DNA from: Anthoceros angustus
Lineage: Eukaryota; Plantae; Anthocerotophyta
Length of the DNA: 64,000 nucleotides
Assembly (NCBI GenBank): GCA_010909165.1
Contig: MU008166.1
Location: forward strand, 868,001-932,000
Direction: 5' to 3'
Shown here: piece by piece, positions 36,404 to 47,611 of the stretch
Layout: each line of letters starts with the position of its first letter
Position numbering within the stretch: position 1 is the first letter of the stretch
Program-made: the position numbers and the translations under genes
The notes under the pieces: generated by a model
What the model saw: only the letters and a program-made list of their open reading frames with translations
The model's database searches: none
What the model was told of the DNA's origin: nothing

Positions 36404-39400
36404 TTTTAACCATCATTGGCCTTCGGGATCTTTAGCAAAGTAACATTTGATTTGCTCATATTCAAGCGTTGCTATATATATTTGAAGCCTTCTTAGCTTC
36501 TTATTATAACTTGGAGTTGGCAGTTCTTCTATATATATCTATCTACTTCTATTTAACCACTATTGCTTGATCCTATCATGATGGCCACCTCTCCAAATGT
36601 GCCACCCATTCCCATCATCAATTATATGAATGTGACATCTAATTTTAAGGAGAAGGACCGTTTCGACGGCACTAAGTTCGAAATATGGTCCAAACGTATG
36701 TGTTCTGTCTTAAATACCAGAGATCTAATTGGCATAGTTGATGGAACTGTCTTCAAGCCCATCGGGCCCTCGCCGGCCCTCGACTCTTGGTTGAAACAAG
36801 ACAAGCTTGCTATGCATATCCTTACCCCTCGATGAAGTCACTCTTCATCATTTGATGGGGCTACTACTGCTTGGCGGCTAGTAGATATTTTCAATCTACC
36901 AATGTTATGACATTAGTAACGGCGTAATAATTTTATTCTTACGCATGCATAATAATGAGAGCATTGGTACTTATGTTGGGAAGTTTCGATATCTTTGGGC
37001 CCATTGTCGCTTTAGGCACTCCTTATCGAATTTGAAGCTTGTGTCCAACTCGGCCTCCCTTCCCGCCGACTTTCAAGCATTTGTGTCCTCAATGGCACCG
37101 CTCGAGAGGCTCATCAGTAAAGGCGGCCGCACACCCAACATTTCCATCTCCGAAATTGCCTCCTTCAAGAGGAGGCTTCCAGTTCAACGCACTTCAAGCA
37201 TGGTGGTGAAAGAGTTATGTTCGTTAGCAAAGGCCGTCAGCGTCACTGACGGCCCGGCGTCGTCCTCCTCCACAGCCCTTCCTTCATTCTCCGGCGGTTC
37301 CAGTGCCTGGGGCTGGCTGCAGAAGAAAAGGTGAGCCTCGGCGCCCTTCAAGTCGCCAATATGGCCTCGACCTCCAAGCGAGCCGACATTGCCCTCATAC
37401 CGCTTGGTAGCTTTCAATACAAGACCTCTTGGCTATTGGACTCACCGCCTCGCATATTTGCCGCCATCACCATATGTTTTCGATTATCTCCTACCAAGAT
37501 CAACGTTTTGTTCTTCTCGCGATGACTCGACCTTACTATTGCGGGCACCGCATCAAGTATTTTACTCTTGAAGATGGTTCTGTCCTTCTTTTTGTGACAT
37601 GTTCCGCAAATGGCGAAGAATCTTATCTCCGTCCACTTGGTGAAGGACGGTACTTTCGAGCTAGAGTTGGCGGGCGATTGCCTCCTCACAAGATCTATTG
37701 CTCGGTCGCGTGGTTGCTAGAGGTCGTCGCGGCATGACCTCTATGTCTTCTCCACTGATCACTTTTCCTCGACCACGCCTCCCGCCATGGCCACTGGGTG
37801 AGGAGGAGTTCTCGCAAAGGTGACTCCTATTATGGCATTCTCGGCTTGGACATATTAATCATGATAAGCTTTTAGAGATGTCTAGGCGGGATTTATTTAG
37901 GGATAAGCTACCACACTTTTCAGACTCCTCCGTTATGTGAACCTTGTATATATGCTAAACAACGTAGCTTCCCTATCCTACTCTACTCGCCTCGGCTACT
38001 CATTGGAGTTGGTCCATGTTGATCTTTGTGGTCCACTCCCGGTCCCTTCACTTGGCGACCGCACTTTATGACTATTGTTGATGACTATAGTCGCTATACC
38101 TTTGCTATTCCGCTCAAGTTGAAGAGTGATTCCTTGGCTCCTTTACTCCTTTTGTCACTATGGTGCAAACCGGTTGCAAGCTTGGTGCATTAGATCGACA
38201 ATGCGGAGAATTAAATAACCGCAATTTAAGGACTGCCTTGAGAGGGGATTATCCGTCGGTTCGGTTCCTATACTTCTCAGAATGGGGTTCTTGAAAAGGC
38301 CAGCGATCTGCCCGCCAGCGCCCGCAGCTCCCCAAACCCTTCCGCGACATCGTGCATCGGTGGTTCTTTCAAGTCGGTTCGGCGGACACCCTTTGAGTCT
38401 GGCATGGATATAAGCCTCTTATTACTCATCTTCGGATTTTCACCCGCCTATGCTAATATTCCTCGCCGCAAGCTCGCCGTGTCGGGTATTTGTTGGCTAT
38501 GGCGAGGACCGTAAGGCTTATAAACTGGTTGACTTGGATACCCATGCTATTGTATATGCTCGCACTGTCACTTTTGATGAGGCTCGGTTAGCATCTGCTC
38601 GTTCTGAGTCCATGGATTTCGCTCGGCTCCTTTTACACGCTTCTTCCGACCCAGGTGACCTTATGCACGAGTTTTGACTCCTGCCCTTTCCTGACTGGGT
38701 CCCGCCACTGCTCCATCACGGCCTCTTCACCTCAAGCGGCACCTATACCTATTATCGCCGAGAAGATGAATGTGCCATTGTTGATCCTTATGAACAGAGA
38801 CGACTTTGGTGCTCTTAATTCCACAAGACCCGAGAGCCTCTCCACCTTCTCCGTAACACTTGATCCAGCCGGCGGTATCCCCGCCATCACAACCGAGACA
38901 CCTGGAATGAGATCCCTTTGATTTAGAGTTCAATCAAGTGGCTACACCACCACCGCCGCAGTCATTTCAACGCCTTGATGTTGCCCTTGAGAGGAGATCC
39001 TCTCACTCTTCAAGAGGCATATTTCACGACCGCAACTAAGTGGAAGTTTGCTATTGATGATGAATATAATTCTCTTATCAAAAACAATACTTGGACTCTA
39101 GTAAACTTGCCAAAGGCGTAACCATCAAATGCAAGTGGGTTCTCAAAACTAAATTCCGGAGGTTGAACCTCGTATTCGCTATAAGGCGAGACTAGTGGCT
39201 AAGGGTTATAGAAAGAGGGAGTGGACTATCGTATGATAAGGTTTATTCACCGTAGTCAAGGTCGCCTGTGAGAATGCTCCACGGCTTTATGTGCCGAGCT
39301 TAACTGAAATTTATCGACTTGATGTTTGTACGCTTTCCTTTATGGTCATGCAAGAAGAGATCTATATGGATCAACGAAGACTATGAAGATGAGCAATACC

Positions 39401-39803
39401 CAAACAAGGTGTGTAAACTTATTCGTTCTATTTACTGACTAAAGCAAAGCCCACGTTTATGGTATGAGAGAATGGACTCTTACCTCAAGAAGATAGGGTT
39501 TATCCAAAGTGAAGCGGACACCAATATCTATGTACTCAAGGATGCTCCTTGTGTTGCACTATATGTTGATGACTTAGTTATTCGGCAACAATATTGAACT
39601 AGTTAACAAGATTAAAGTGACCTTAGTAAAGAATTCGAGATGAAGGATCTCGGCAAAGTTAAATATATTCTTGGTATGCATGTACATAGAGATACCATCG
39701 GTGCTATCTATCTCCATCAAGGAAGATATGTAGGTATGTTAAAACGCTTCAATTTGGAGAATGCGGGCGCCCACACCAGGTGTTAAGCTTTCATCGCTAC
39801 ACA

Positions 39804-42800
39804 TCAATCGAGCAGGAAAAGAAAGAGATGGAAAATATTCCTTATCGTATGGGAGTTGGTACTCTCATGTTCTTGAGTAATCGACTGCACTGATATCTCA
39901 AATCATAAATGCTATTGCTCGGTTCTCGGAGAATCCGTGAAAGGATCACGGGTTGCTCTCAAGCGCATCATGCGGTACCTCAAGGGTACTCAAATTATGG
40001 CCTCTGCTCAAGCCTAGCGGAAGAAGCATGCCATCGACATGCTTTGTCGATGCATTTTTGACGACACGAAAAAGTATCTCGACATATTGCTTTCTGGCTC
40101 CATCGTTAATTGGTCTTGTAGAAAACAAGCTGCAATATCACTTTCATCAATGTAATCGAGTACAAAGCACTCACAAGCCACGAAGAGGCGAATGGGAAAG
40201 AAAGCTATGTGAAGATTTGGATATGAAGCGTGAAGGTGCTTAATTGTGACAATATGTCGCCATTGCTCTTGTCGCTAATCCGTCTTTCATGCGAAGCATA
40301 TTGAGATTCAACACCATTATATTCGTCGCTGAGAGAGGAATTGTTAAGGCATGTGTACCCAGCATGACAATACAGCAGAGATATCGACAAAATCCTTGCG
40401 AAGTTCAAACACCGCCCACAGAGAAGGGCTTGGATTGGTTGATCAGAGCTGTCACCACACATTTGGTGAGGCGATCTTATCTCGAGCGTTCGATTACTTG
40501 AAGTTGATGACTATTGTAGACCGCTTGCTTCAATCTTACTTGACGGTGACGATCGGTGAGTTGAGTTTAGTTGAAGACCGTAGTACTTATACAATACTCC
40601 AAATGCAAATGATTATTAGTTCTTTGATTTAGATAACCCAACTAGTCCGAGAGGGAGAGTTAGAAGCAGATCGTTGGTTATGGTTACCTTAGCTAAACCC
40701 ACCGTGGTCATACCCTTTGGTATCTAGTAATCAAGAGGTACAACTCTTGTGCTATAAAAGCCCACCTCTTGTAATCAATTGTATCAATTAGTAAAGCACT
40801 AAACCTTGATCAAACGCCTGCAGCACCTCAACCGACCACCGAGCTCGCCTCCACTCTTGCTCGTGGAAGGGAGCAGTTCATGGCTTCTAGCGCCACCTTG
40901 CATCAAGGTATTTCGAGTCGACTGCTTCTTTTCTACCGCGATGAGGTTCCACTGGTTTGGTCCAACCTTTGGCTGCTCTGTTTAGACACGCCGTAGCCCT
41001 CGCCTCCACCGGTGGGGCGGCGCACGCATCACGCCTCGACGCCATGTTCTCGATGGCCAAGGAAGACCGTTTCGTTGTGGATGGTGTAATGCACCTTGCC
41101 CGGACACCATCTCAAGCATCATCAACCCTCCGGGTTGGGTGGCGGAGATGCGCGACAATGAAGGTTCACAAGTACTCGCCCATGCAAGAAGGGCCACGCC
41201 TTCATCCCCTTGCTATCGAGACTCATGGGGCCATGGGCAAGGATTTCTCCGGTTCATCAAGGCTGTATAAAGCCTACCATGGAATGCGTTGGTCTCCCCT
41301 TTTCTTGTGTGATGGCTTTTTCGTGCAACGCGTGTCCATTGCCCTGCTAGGAGTTCTCCCTGTGGGCGCAAGAAGGTGGACTTCAACAATAGCCGCTTCA
41401 ATCGAGCAGGAAAAGAAAGAGATGGAAAATATTCCTTATCGTATGGGAGTTGGTACTCTCATGTTCTTGAGTAATGTCGGACGATATCTCAAATCGTAAA
41501 TGCTATTGCTCGGTTCTCGAGAGAATCCGAGGAAAGGATCACGGGTTGCTCTCAAGCGCATCATCACGGTACCTCAAGGGTACTCAAATTATGGCCTCTG
41601 CTTCAAGCCTAGCGGAAAGAAGCATCACTCTTGACATGCTTTGTCGATGCAGTTGGGCTTGACACGAAAAAGTATCTCGACATATTGCTTTCTTCTTGGC
41701 TCCATTGTTAATTGGTCTTGTAGAAAACAAGCTGCAATATCACTTTCATCAATGTAATCGAGTACAAAGCACTCAAGCCACGAAAGATGAATGGGAAAGA
41801 AAGCTATGTGAAGATTTGGATATGAAGCGGGAAGGGCCAACGTTGTAATATGACAATATAGCCATTGCTCTTGTCGCTAATCACATCTTTCATGCGAAGC
41901 ATATTGAGATTCAACACCATTATATTCGTGACTGAGAGAGGAATTGTTAAGGTACTGTATGTACCCATGTCTGAGATATCTTGACAAAATCCTTGCGAAG
42001 TTCAAAACACGCTTCCACAGAGAAGGGCTTGGATTGGTTGGTATGTGACTTTTGAAGTGGACCATCACACATTTGGTGAGGCGTATCTTATCTCAGAACG
42101 TTCAGTTACTTGAAGTTGACAGCTATTGTAGACCGCTTGCTTCAATCTTACTTGCGACCGGTGACGATCGGTGAGTTGAGTTTAGTTGAAGACCGTAGTA
42201 CTTATACAATACTCCAGCGGCAAATGATTATTAGTTCTTTGATTTAGATAACCCAACTAGTCTGAGAGGAGAGTTAGAAATGCATCGCGTTGGTTATGGT
42301 TACCTTAGCTAAACCCACCGTGGTCATACCCTTTGGTATCTAGTACCGAAGAGGTACAACTCTTCAGACACAGGCTATAAAAGCCCTCCTCTTGTAATCA
42401 ATTGTATCAATTAGTAAAGCACTAAACCTTGATCAAACGCTTCCGCAAAGCACCTCAAACTGACCAGCTCGAGCTCGCCTCCACTCTTGCTCAGGGAAGG
42501 GAGCAGGTTCATGGCTTCTAGCGCCACCTTGCATCAAGGTATTTCGAGTCGTACCGGCTTCTTTTTCTACCGCGATGAGGTTCCGCCTGGGTTTGGTCCA
42601 ACCTTTGGCCTGCTCTGTTTAGACCTGCCGCCGTAGCCCCTCGCTCTCCAGCTGGTGGGCAGCGCATTGCTACGCATCACGCCGTCTTCGACGTCATGTT
42701 CTCGATGGCCAAGGGAAGACCAGGTTTCCGTTGTGGATGTGGTCGTAACAGACCTTGCCCGGGACACCATCTCAAGTACGTCATCATCAACCCTCCAGGT

Positions 42801-43085
42801 TGGGTGGCAGAGAGATGCGCGACAATGAAGGTTCACAAGTACTCGCCCATGCAAGAAGGGCCACGCCTTCATCCCCCTTGCTATCGAGACTCATGGGGCC
42901 ATGGGCAAGGATTTCTCCCGGTTCATCAAGGCCTGTGCTAAAGCCTACCACAGCCACAGGAATGCGGTTGGTCTCCCCCTTTTCTTGTGTGATGGCTTTT
43001 TTCAGGCAACGCGTGTCCATTGCCCTGCAGGCTAGGAGTTCTCTCCTGTGGACAGCACTGAAAGGTGGGACTTCAACAATAGTCG
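39804..43085 (+). repeat. Tandem duplication of ~1.6-1.7 kb (copia RNaseH + 3'LTR + LINE flank). Copies ~39804-41397 and ~41398-43085; second 3'LTR at 42272-42461
   Basis: TCAATCGAGCAGGAAAAGAAAGAGATGG starts both copies, which are colinear with many small indels. Confidence 0.9.
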
Positions 43086-44599
43086 TTTCCAGCTCTAAAT
43101 GCCAATTTTCCTTCTCGCACGCCGCCATCTTCACACTCCACCTCAAGCCACGTTCAACCTTGCTCCGGCTCATGATTCAAAACATTCGCATACCCTTGGT
43201 GTGATCCTCCCACAAGCACGTTGAGCAGCCCGCTTAGAGCCAGCAGAAATCAGGGTTTGCGAACCCGTCAAGATTCTAACATGCGATTAAGTAACTATAA
43301 TCTTCGTAACTATATAATAAGAAATTGTCACGATGCTATTATGCCATGCTATGAAAATGACCAAAAAGCACTCATTAGCTAAACACGTAGCAATATACTC
43401 TAATCTCAGCTTCACTATATCAATTTTTTGAGTGCTGCTTGCATGGCTTGAAGACTTTTTCACAAGAAAGAGGCACTGAAGAGTGGTTTAATAAAATTAT
43501 GAATAAATTTAAAATAAAATCATTATATTAAAAAATATAATACAAATAAAAATTCTTATATAATAAAATTATTATCTTTTATATATAAGATAGCGAGCAA
43601 AACCAAGAATGGTTTAAAACTTGCTGCGCATCCGGTCTACACTCTTGTTCAAAATGTAACATTGAGTGTAGTAGATCTTTCACTTCGTGTGATATGTTGG
43701 GCCACTCATCTAGGTCCAATCCAGTTATCCATTCTTCTTTTTCGGCATTGAACTCATATCCTATATAAGGACGGTTTCCGGTTAAAACTTTCCGGTTAAA
43801 ATTTCACTTCCGGGACACATTGGATACCTCCACATGGTAGGGAAGATGTTCATTTTGCTGCATCTGCTGATTTGGTTTTGAAGTGATGATTTGAGCCACA
43901 TTGCGGATTGCATGCTGCTAAAAAACGTGAGGGGCTAGGCAGTTTGCCTGGCTAGGAGTTAGAAATCACGCATTTAGGCTGCCCCATCAATCACCATAGC
44001 CTCAAACACCCAAATCACAAGATTCCATTCAAATTTGACAATGTTCTCAAAGGGGTTGCAGAAGAACTCTTCTGGACACAATGCCGCCAGGGTGCAACTT
44101 CAATAACTGCCGGTCTCTACCCTAGCCCTCCTCTTAGCCTCACTGGCACCGCCATCTCCTCGTCCTTGCTGAGATCACAAATACTGTTGAGCACCATCTC
44201 ATGAGCACTGGCATCACCTACACTCTTGCCGCAGTGGCACGGTCCCGGCAGTTGTGGGTTCATAAACCCTCATTCTGATGTAAGCAGTCCTTGTAAGGAC
44301 TAATTCAACTAATTAAGTAAATCAGCCTATGAAACAACTAACATAAGCTATTCTGAAACTAAGTACGTAAAAAGAGACTTAAGAACTTGAACTAACAAAA
44401 CCTCAGCCAGCTAGTGGCTGAGAGACTAAGTGCCAGCAGCCAAGACTTAGGTCGCAAAAGCGATCAGGCAAGATGAGGTCCCAGTAGCCGGGCCTGGGAG
44501 AGTCCCATAGCGCCAGGACTGGGAGAGTCCCGCGACGCTGGCACTGTGAGAGTCCCCTTCACTCTAGAGTCTTCTCCTCCCCATAACTGACGCTTTCAC

Positions 44600-45750
44600 G
44601 ACAGGTGCGTGTAGAGATGGAACTGAAGACTGGATACACCAAGCGATACGATTTCATTTAAATGCCGAAGTACTTGGGGGATGAAGCATTGGCGTGCTAT
44701 CGAGAGTACAAGGCGAGGTTGTTGAGCGGCACATCTAGAGGACCAGTTTATAGCAGTTCGAGCTCCGTTGGAACCAATACATCTGCAGTAGAAACTGGGA
44801 CACCTACGGCAAGAACTAGTACAGACGGAGCAGTAGCACCAAGTGGGCAAGATCTCATTAAAGGGATGTTTGACATCTTCCGGCTGGAGTTTCCTGCAAG
44901 CACGGATGAGAAAATCTCCGAGCTAACACACTTCGAGCTGAAGTCAGGCAAGGTTGCGAAGATGGCTTACCGAAGAATCGACCGGTTGGTACGTGACACT
45001 AAGATCATGAGTGACCGACTAGCTGCGGAGAAGTATTTGCAAGCATTGCCATATGCGTTGCGCATGAAGGTACAACAAGCGGTGCATAGCACGAAGGAGC
45101 AACACTACAGCCTTAAGGAAGTGTACGAGAGATGACTGATAAGATAGGGCCTGCTAACACTTTCTCTTGTGTTATTGCAAGTGATCACTCCAATACAAGT
45201 AGGAGTGGTGGACGACATGATCGATGCGGAGGTCAAAGTGGAGGAGCTCGGCGAGACAAGCCAGCCCACACAGCCCAAATGACGAGCCTTGTATGAGGTG
45301 CCGAGGGACAGACCATTCCCCTCATGAGTGCGAACATGCATTCGGAGGAGTCAAGGGTGAGGAGCCGTGCCCTGGCTGTGGAGGTATGGGAACAATGAAG
45401 TGGCGTGTTGGGAGAAGCATATGGAATTACGGCCTATGTCCGACTGAGCAGCAACCTCGGCCAATGCATCTGCTTCAATCTCATCCACAAAATCAACGAC
45501 GAGGAAAGGTGCCATGGAGGAGGCACCGGCAAAGTCCCGTGGACAGAAGAAACTGGAAGCATCAAAGAAACGATGGACAGCTACGTGACATGCCTCGCAA
45601 AGCTGGAGAAATTGGTGCGGAAGGTGAAGATCAAGGAGAGCAACAGTTCATCATCAAGAAGAAGACGAGCACAAGCTTGGATACATGGCGACATTGACCA
45701 GATCCAAGGGCAAGAAGAAGAAACCTTTAGCAGCTATGAGAGAAGATAGC
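44600..45750 (+). mobile_element. Degenerate Ty3/gypsy-like gag with zinc knuckle(s)
   Basis: Gag-like ORF 44662-45135 (FRLEFP...EKYLQALP), followed by CMRCRGTDHSPHEC (CX2CX4HX4C) and CPGCGGMG, with frameshifts. Confidence 0.65.
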
Positions 45751-45879
45751 TCAGAGGAAGAAGAGGACGTCTTGACACTTGCAGTGCGGAAGACGCGTAA
45801 GGAAGCATCGGGATCCTCTTCATGAACGTATGCCAAGATGCCAAAGTCATTAGATGGGAAAAGCCCATCTTATAGAGGA

Positions 45880-46400
45880 CAATCAAGGGAGACCTTGAGG
45901 GTTGTGGTGAAAAGGAGCACCCCATAGAGGACATCCAAGGGAGACCTAGAGGATCGTGGTGAAAAGGAGCACCTTCATAAGAACTCCACAATTAAGCACC
46001 CTAAGTGTGGATCAGTAGTAGGAAAGGGTGCCAACAACTTGGAGTTTTGAATGGATAGCCAATACGAATGGATAGATAACTCACCATATACGTGGTAAAA
46101 AGGAGCACCTTCATAAGAACTCCATATTTAAGCATCCTAAGTATGGATCAGTACTAGGATGAGGTGCTAACAGCTTGGAGTGTTCTGAATGGATAGCCAA
46201 CACGAATGGATGGATAACTCAGCAAATGCCGTCCTCTCCTTCCTCATCACCTTGAAATCTGTTTTTCTTTCGAGGAGGACAACATTTGATGAGTTATCTA
46301 TCCATTTGTATTGGCTATCCATTCCAAACTCCAAGTTGTTGGCACCCCATCCTAGTATTGATCCATACCTAGAGTGCTTAATTGTGGAGTTCTTATAGCT
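45880..46400. repeat. Tandem copies of a ~135 bp unit followed by an inverted copy (46290-46397)
   Basis: ATAAGAACTCCA..TTAAGCA.CCTAAGT.TGGATCAGTA...GAATGGATAGCCAA...GATAACTCA occurs twice, with its reverse complement downstream. Confidence 0.8.
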
Positions 46401-47611
46401 TGGTATCCAACTCACCCATATCACTCGGCACATCTAGAAATTTGAAGACTATTTGTATAGTGTTTAGGCGCGCAACATAAATACTTAGAGGTTTCACTAA
46501 TCACGATTTAAACGAGTGGAGTGTATTAACCTTGATTGAGGGTTGTGATGTGGACACTAACCACCTTGGAGTGCATGCTTGGACACACTTGATGCGGATG
46601 AAGCTACCAAGCAGCCAATCCATTGGAACGAATTCGAAGTCTTGACTAAGAGAGAGAAGTACGAACACCTCGTTTTTGGTACTAGCTAAAGACACAGAGG
46701 AACCGAGTGACTGAATGAAGAATCTTTCAAGGATTTGTGAGTGACAACACACAAGATACGTTGGTGCCGTCAGGACAACTCGATGGAAGTGACAGCAAAG
46801 AGGACTTGTCTCTAGGAGTCGTCAAGGTGGGAGGAGACAAAGATCGAATGGAGTTGTTCACGGGATGAGCAGGCACCTTGCCATTGAAGGACTTCAACGA
46901 GAAGTGCTTACCTGGTGCGACGTGGACTTAATGAGAGGGAAGAAAGAAGAAGAAGCCAGGAGGAAGAACCCTCTGGAAGGGTAGAGGGGAGAAAGAAGAA
47001 GAAGCCGGGAGGAAGAGCCCTCTTGAAGGGTTTATAGTATTAAGTGTAAATAACGTAATTATAAAGGTATGATTTTAAGGTGTAAAGTAAATCACAGCTT
47101 AACAACACAATAATAAAGACATTGTAGATTTCATGTGACCCGTACCTATTACGTACCCTATTTCCTATGACGCCTTGTCATTAAAGGACTGCACATCCAA
47201 ATGTACCCGTCTCCTAAGTACAAATCAAATCACAAGCATTTCTTCAGATTGTACAACTGTAAGAAGCCCCAAAAATCAAATACGGAATTCTCCAGGTACA
47301 GTATGTACGTAATTGGTAAACAATACTACAAAGATACTACGTTTAGACGTTTACGGAATATCTGGGAGCCGTGTCTCAAGCAGCGGCAGATATGTACATG
47401 AATGGACAAAAATCTCTCCTGCAGACAGGCAAGCGATAGAAGTCCACAACAGAAGGTGCGACAACAGTTCGAACCGATGTGGGTGGCCAAGTATGTACAT
47501 GCTCTAGCTGCCACCCATTCACAGAATCGTACAGCAGCTATGTAGGTACGAAACTTGATCTGTCAGAACGAGACACGGGTGAAGATGGCGGTGTGGAGCA
47601 GGGCAACGTAT

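Larger units (their letters stand above)
34666..40833 (+). mobile_element. Ty1/copia LTR retrotransposon, full length but frameshifted in this assembly. 5'LTR 34666-34846, PBS 34847, PPT ~40648-40657, 3'LTR 40658-40833, TSD GACCA
   Basis: ~180 bp LTR pair, PBS TGGTATC(A)GAGC (tRNA-iMet), gag FDGTKFEIWSKRM, protease WLLDS, WHSRLGH, integrase LELVHVDLCGP and FVGY, RT KARLVAKG / LKQSPR / YVDD, RNaseH KHI. Copia order INT-RT-RH. Confidence 0.93.
34410..43260 (+). mobile_element. CRE-like RLE non-LTR retrotransposon split by the copia insertion (5' part ~34410-34665, 3' part 40834-41397, repeated at 42462-43260)
   Basis: After the TSD the frame reads RARLHSCSGKGAGSWLLAPP, then DVVV.D, GWVAE..KVHKY, PLAIETHG and QRVSIALQ. 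The GC-rich sequence continues upstream of the 5' LTR. Confidence 0.75.
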
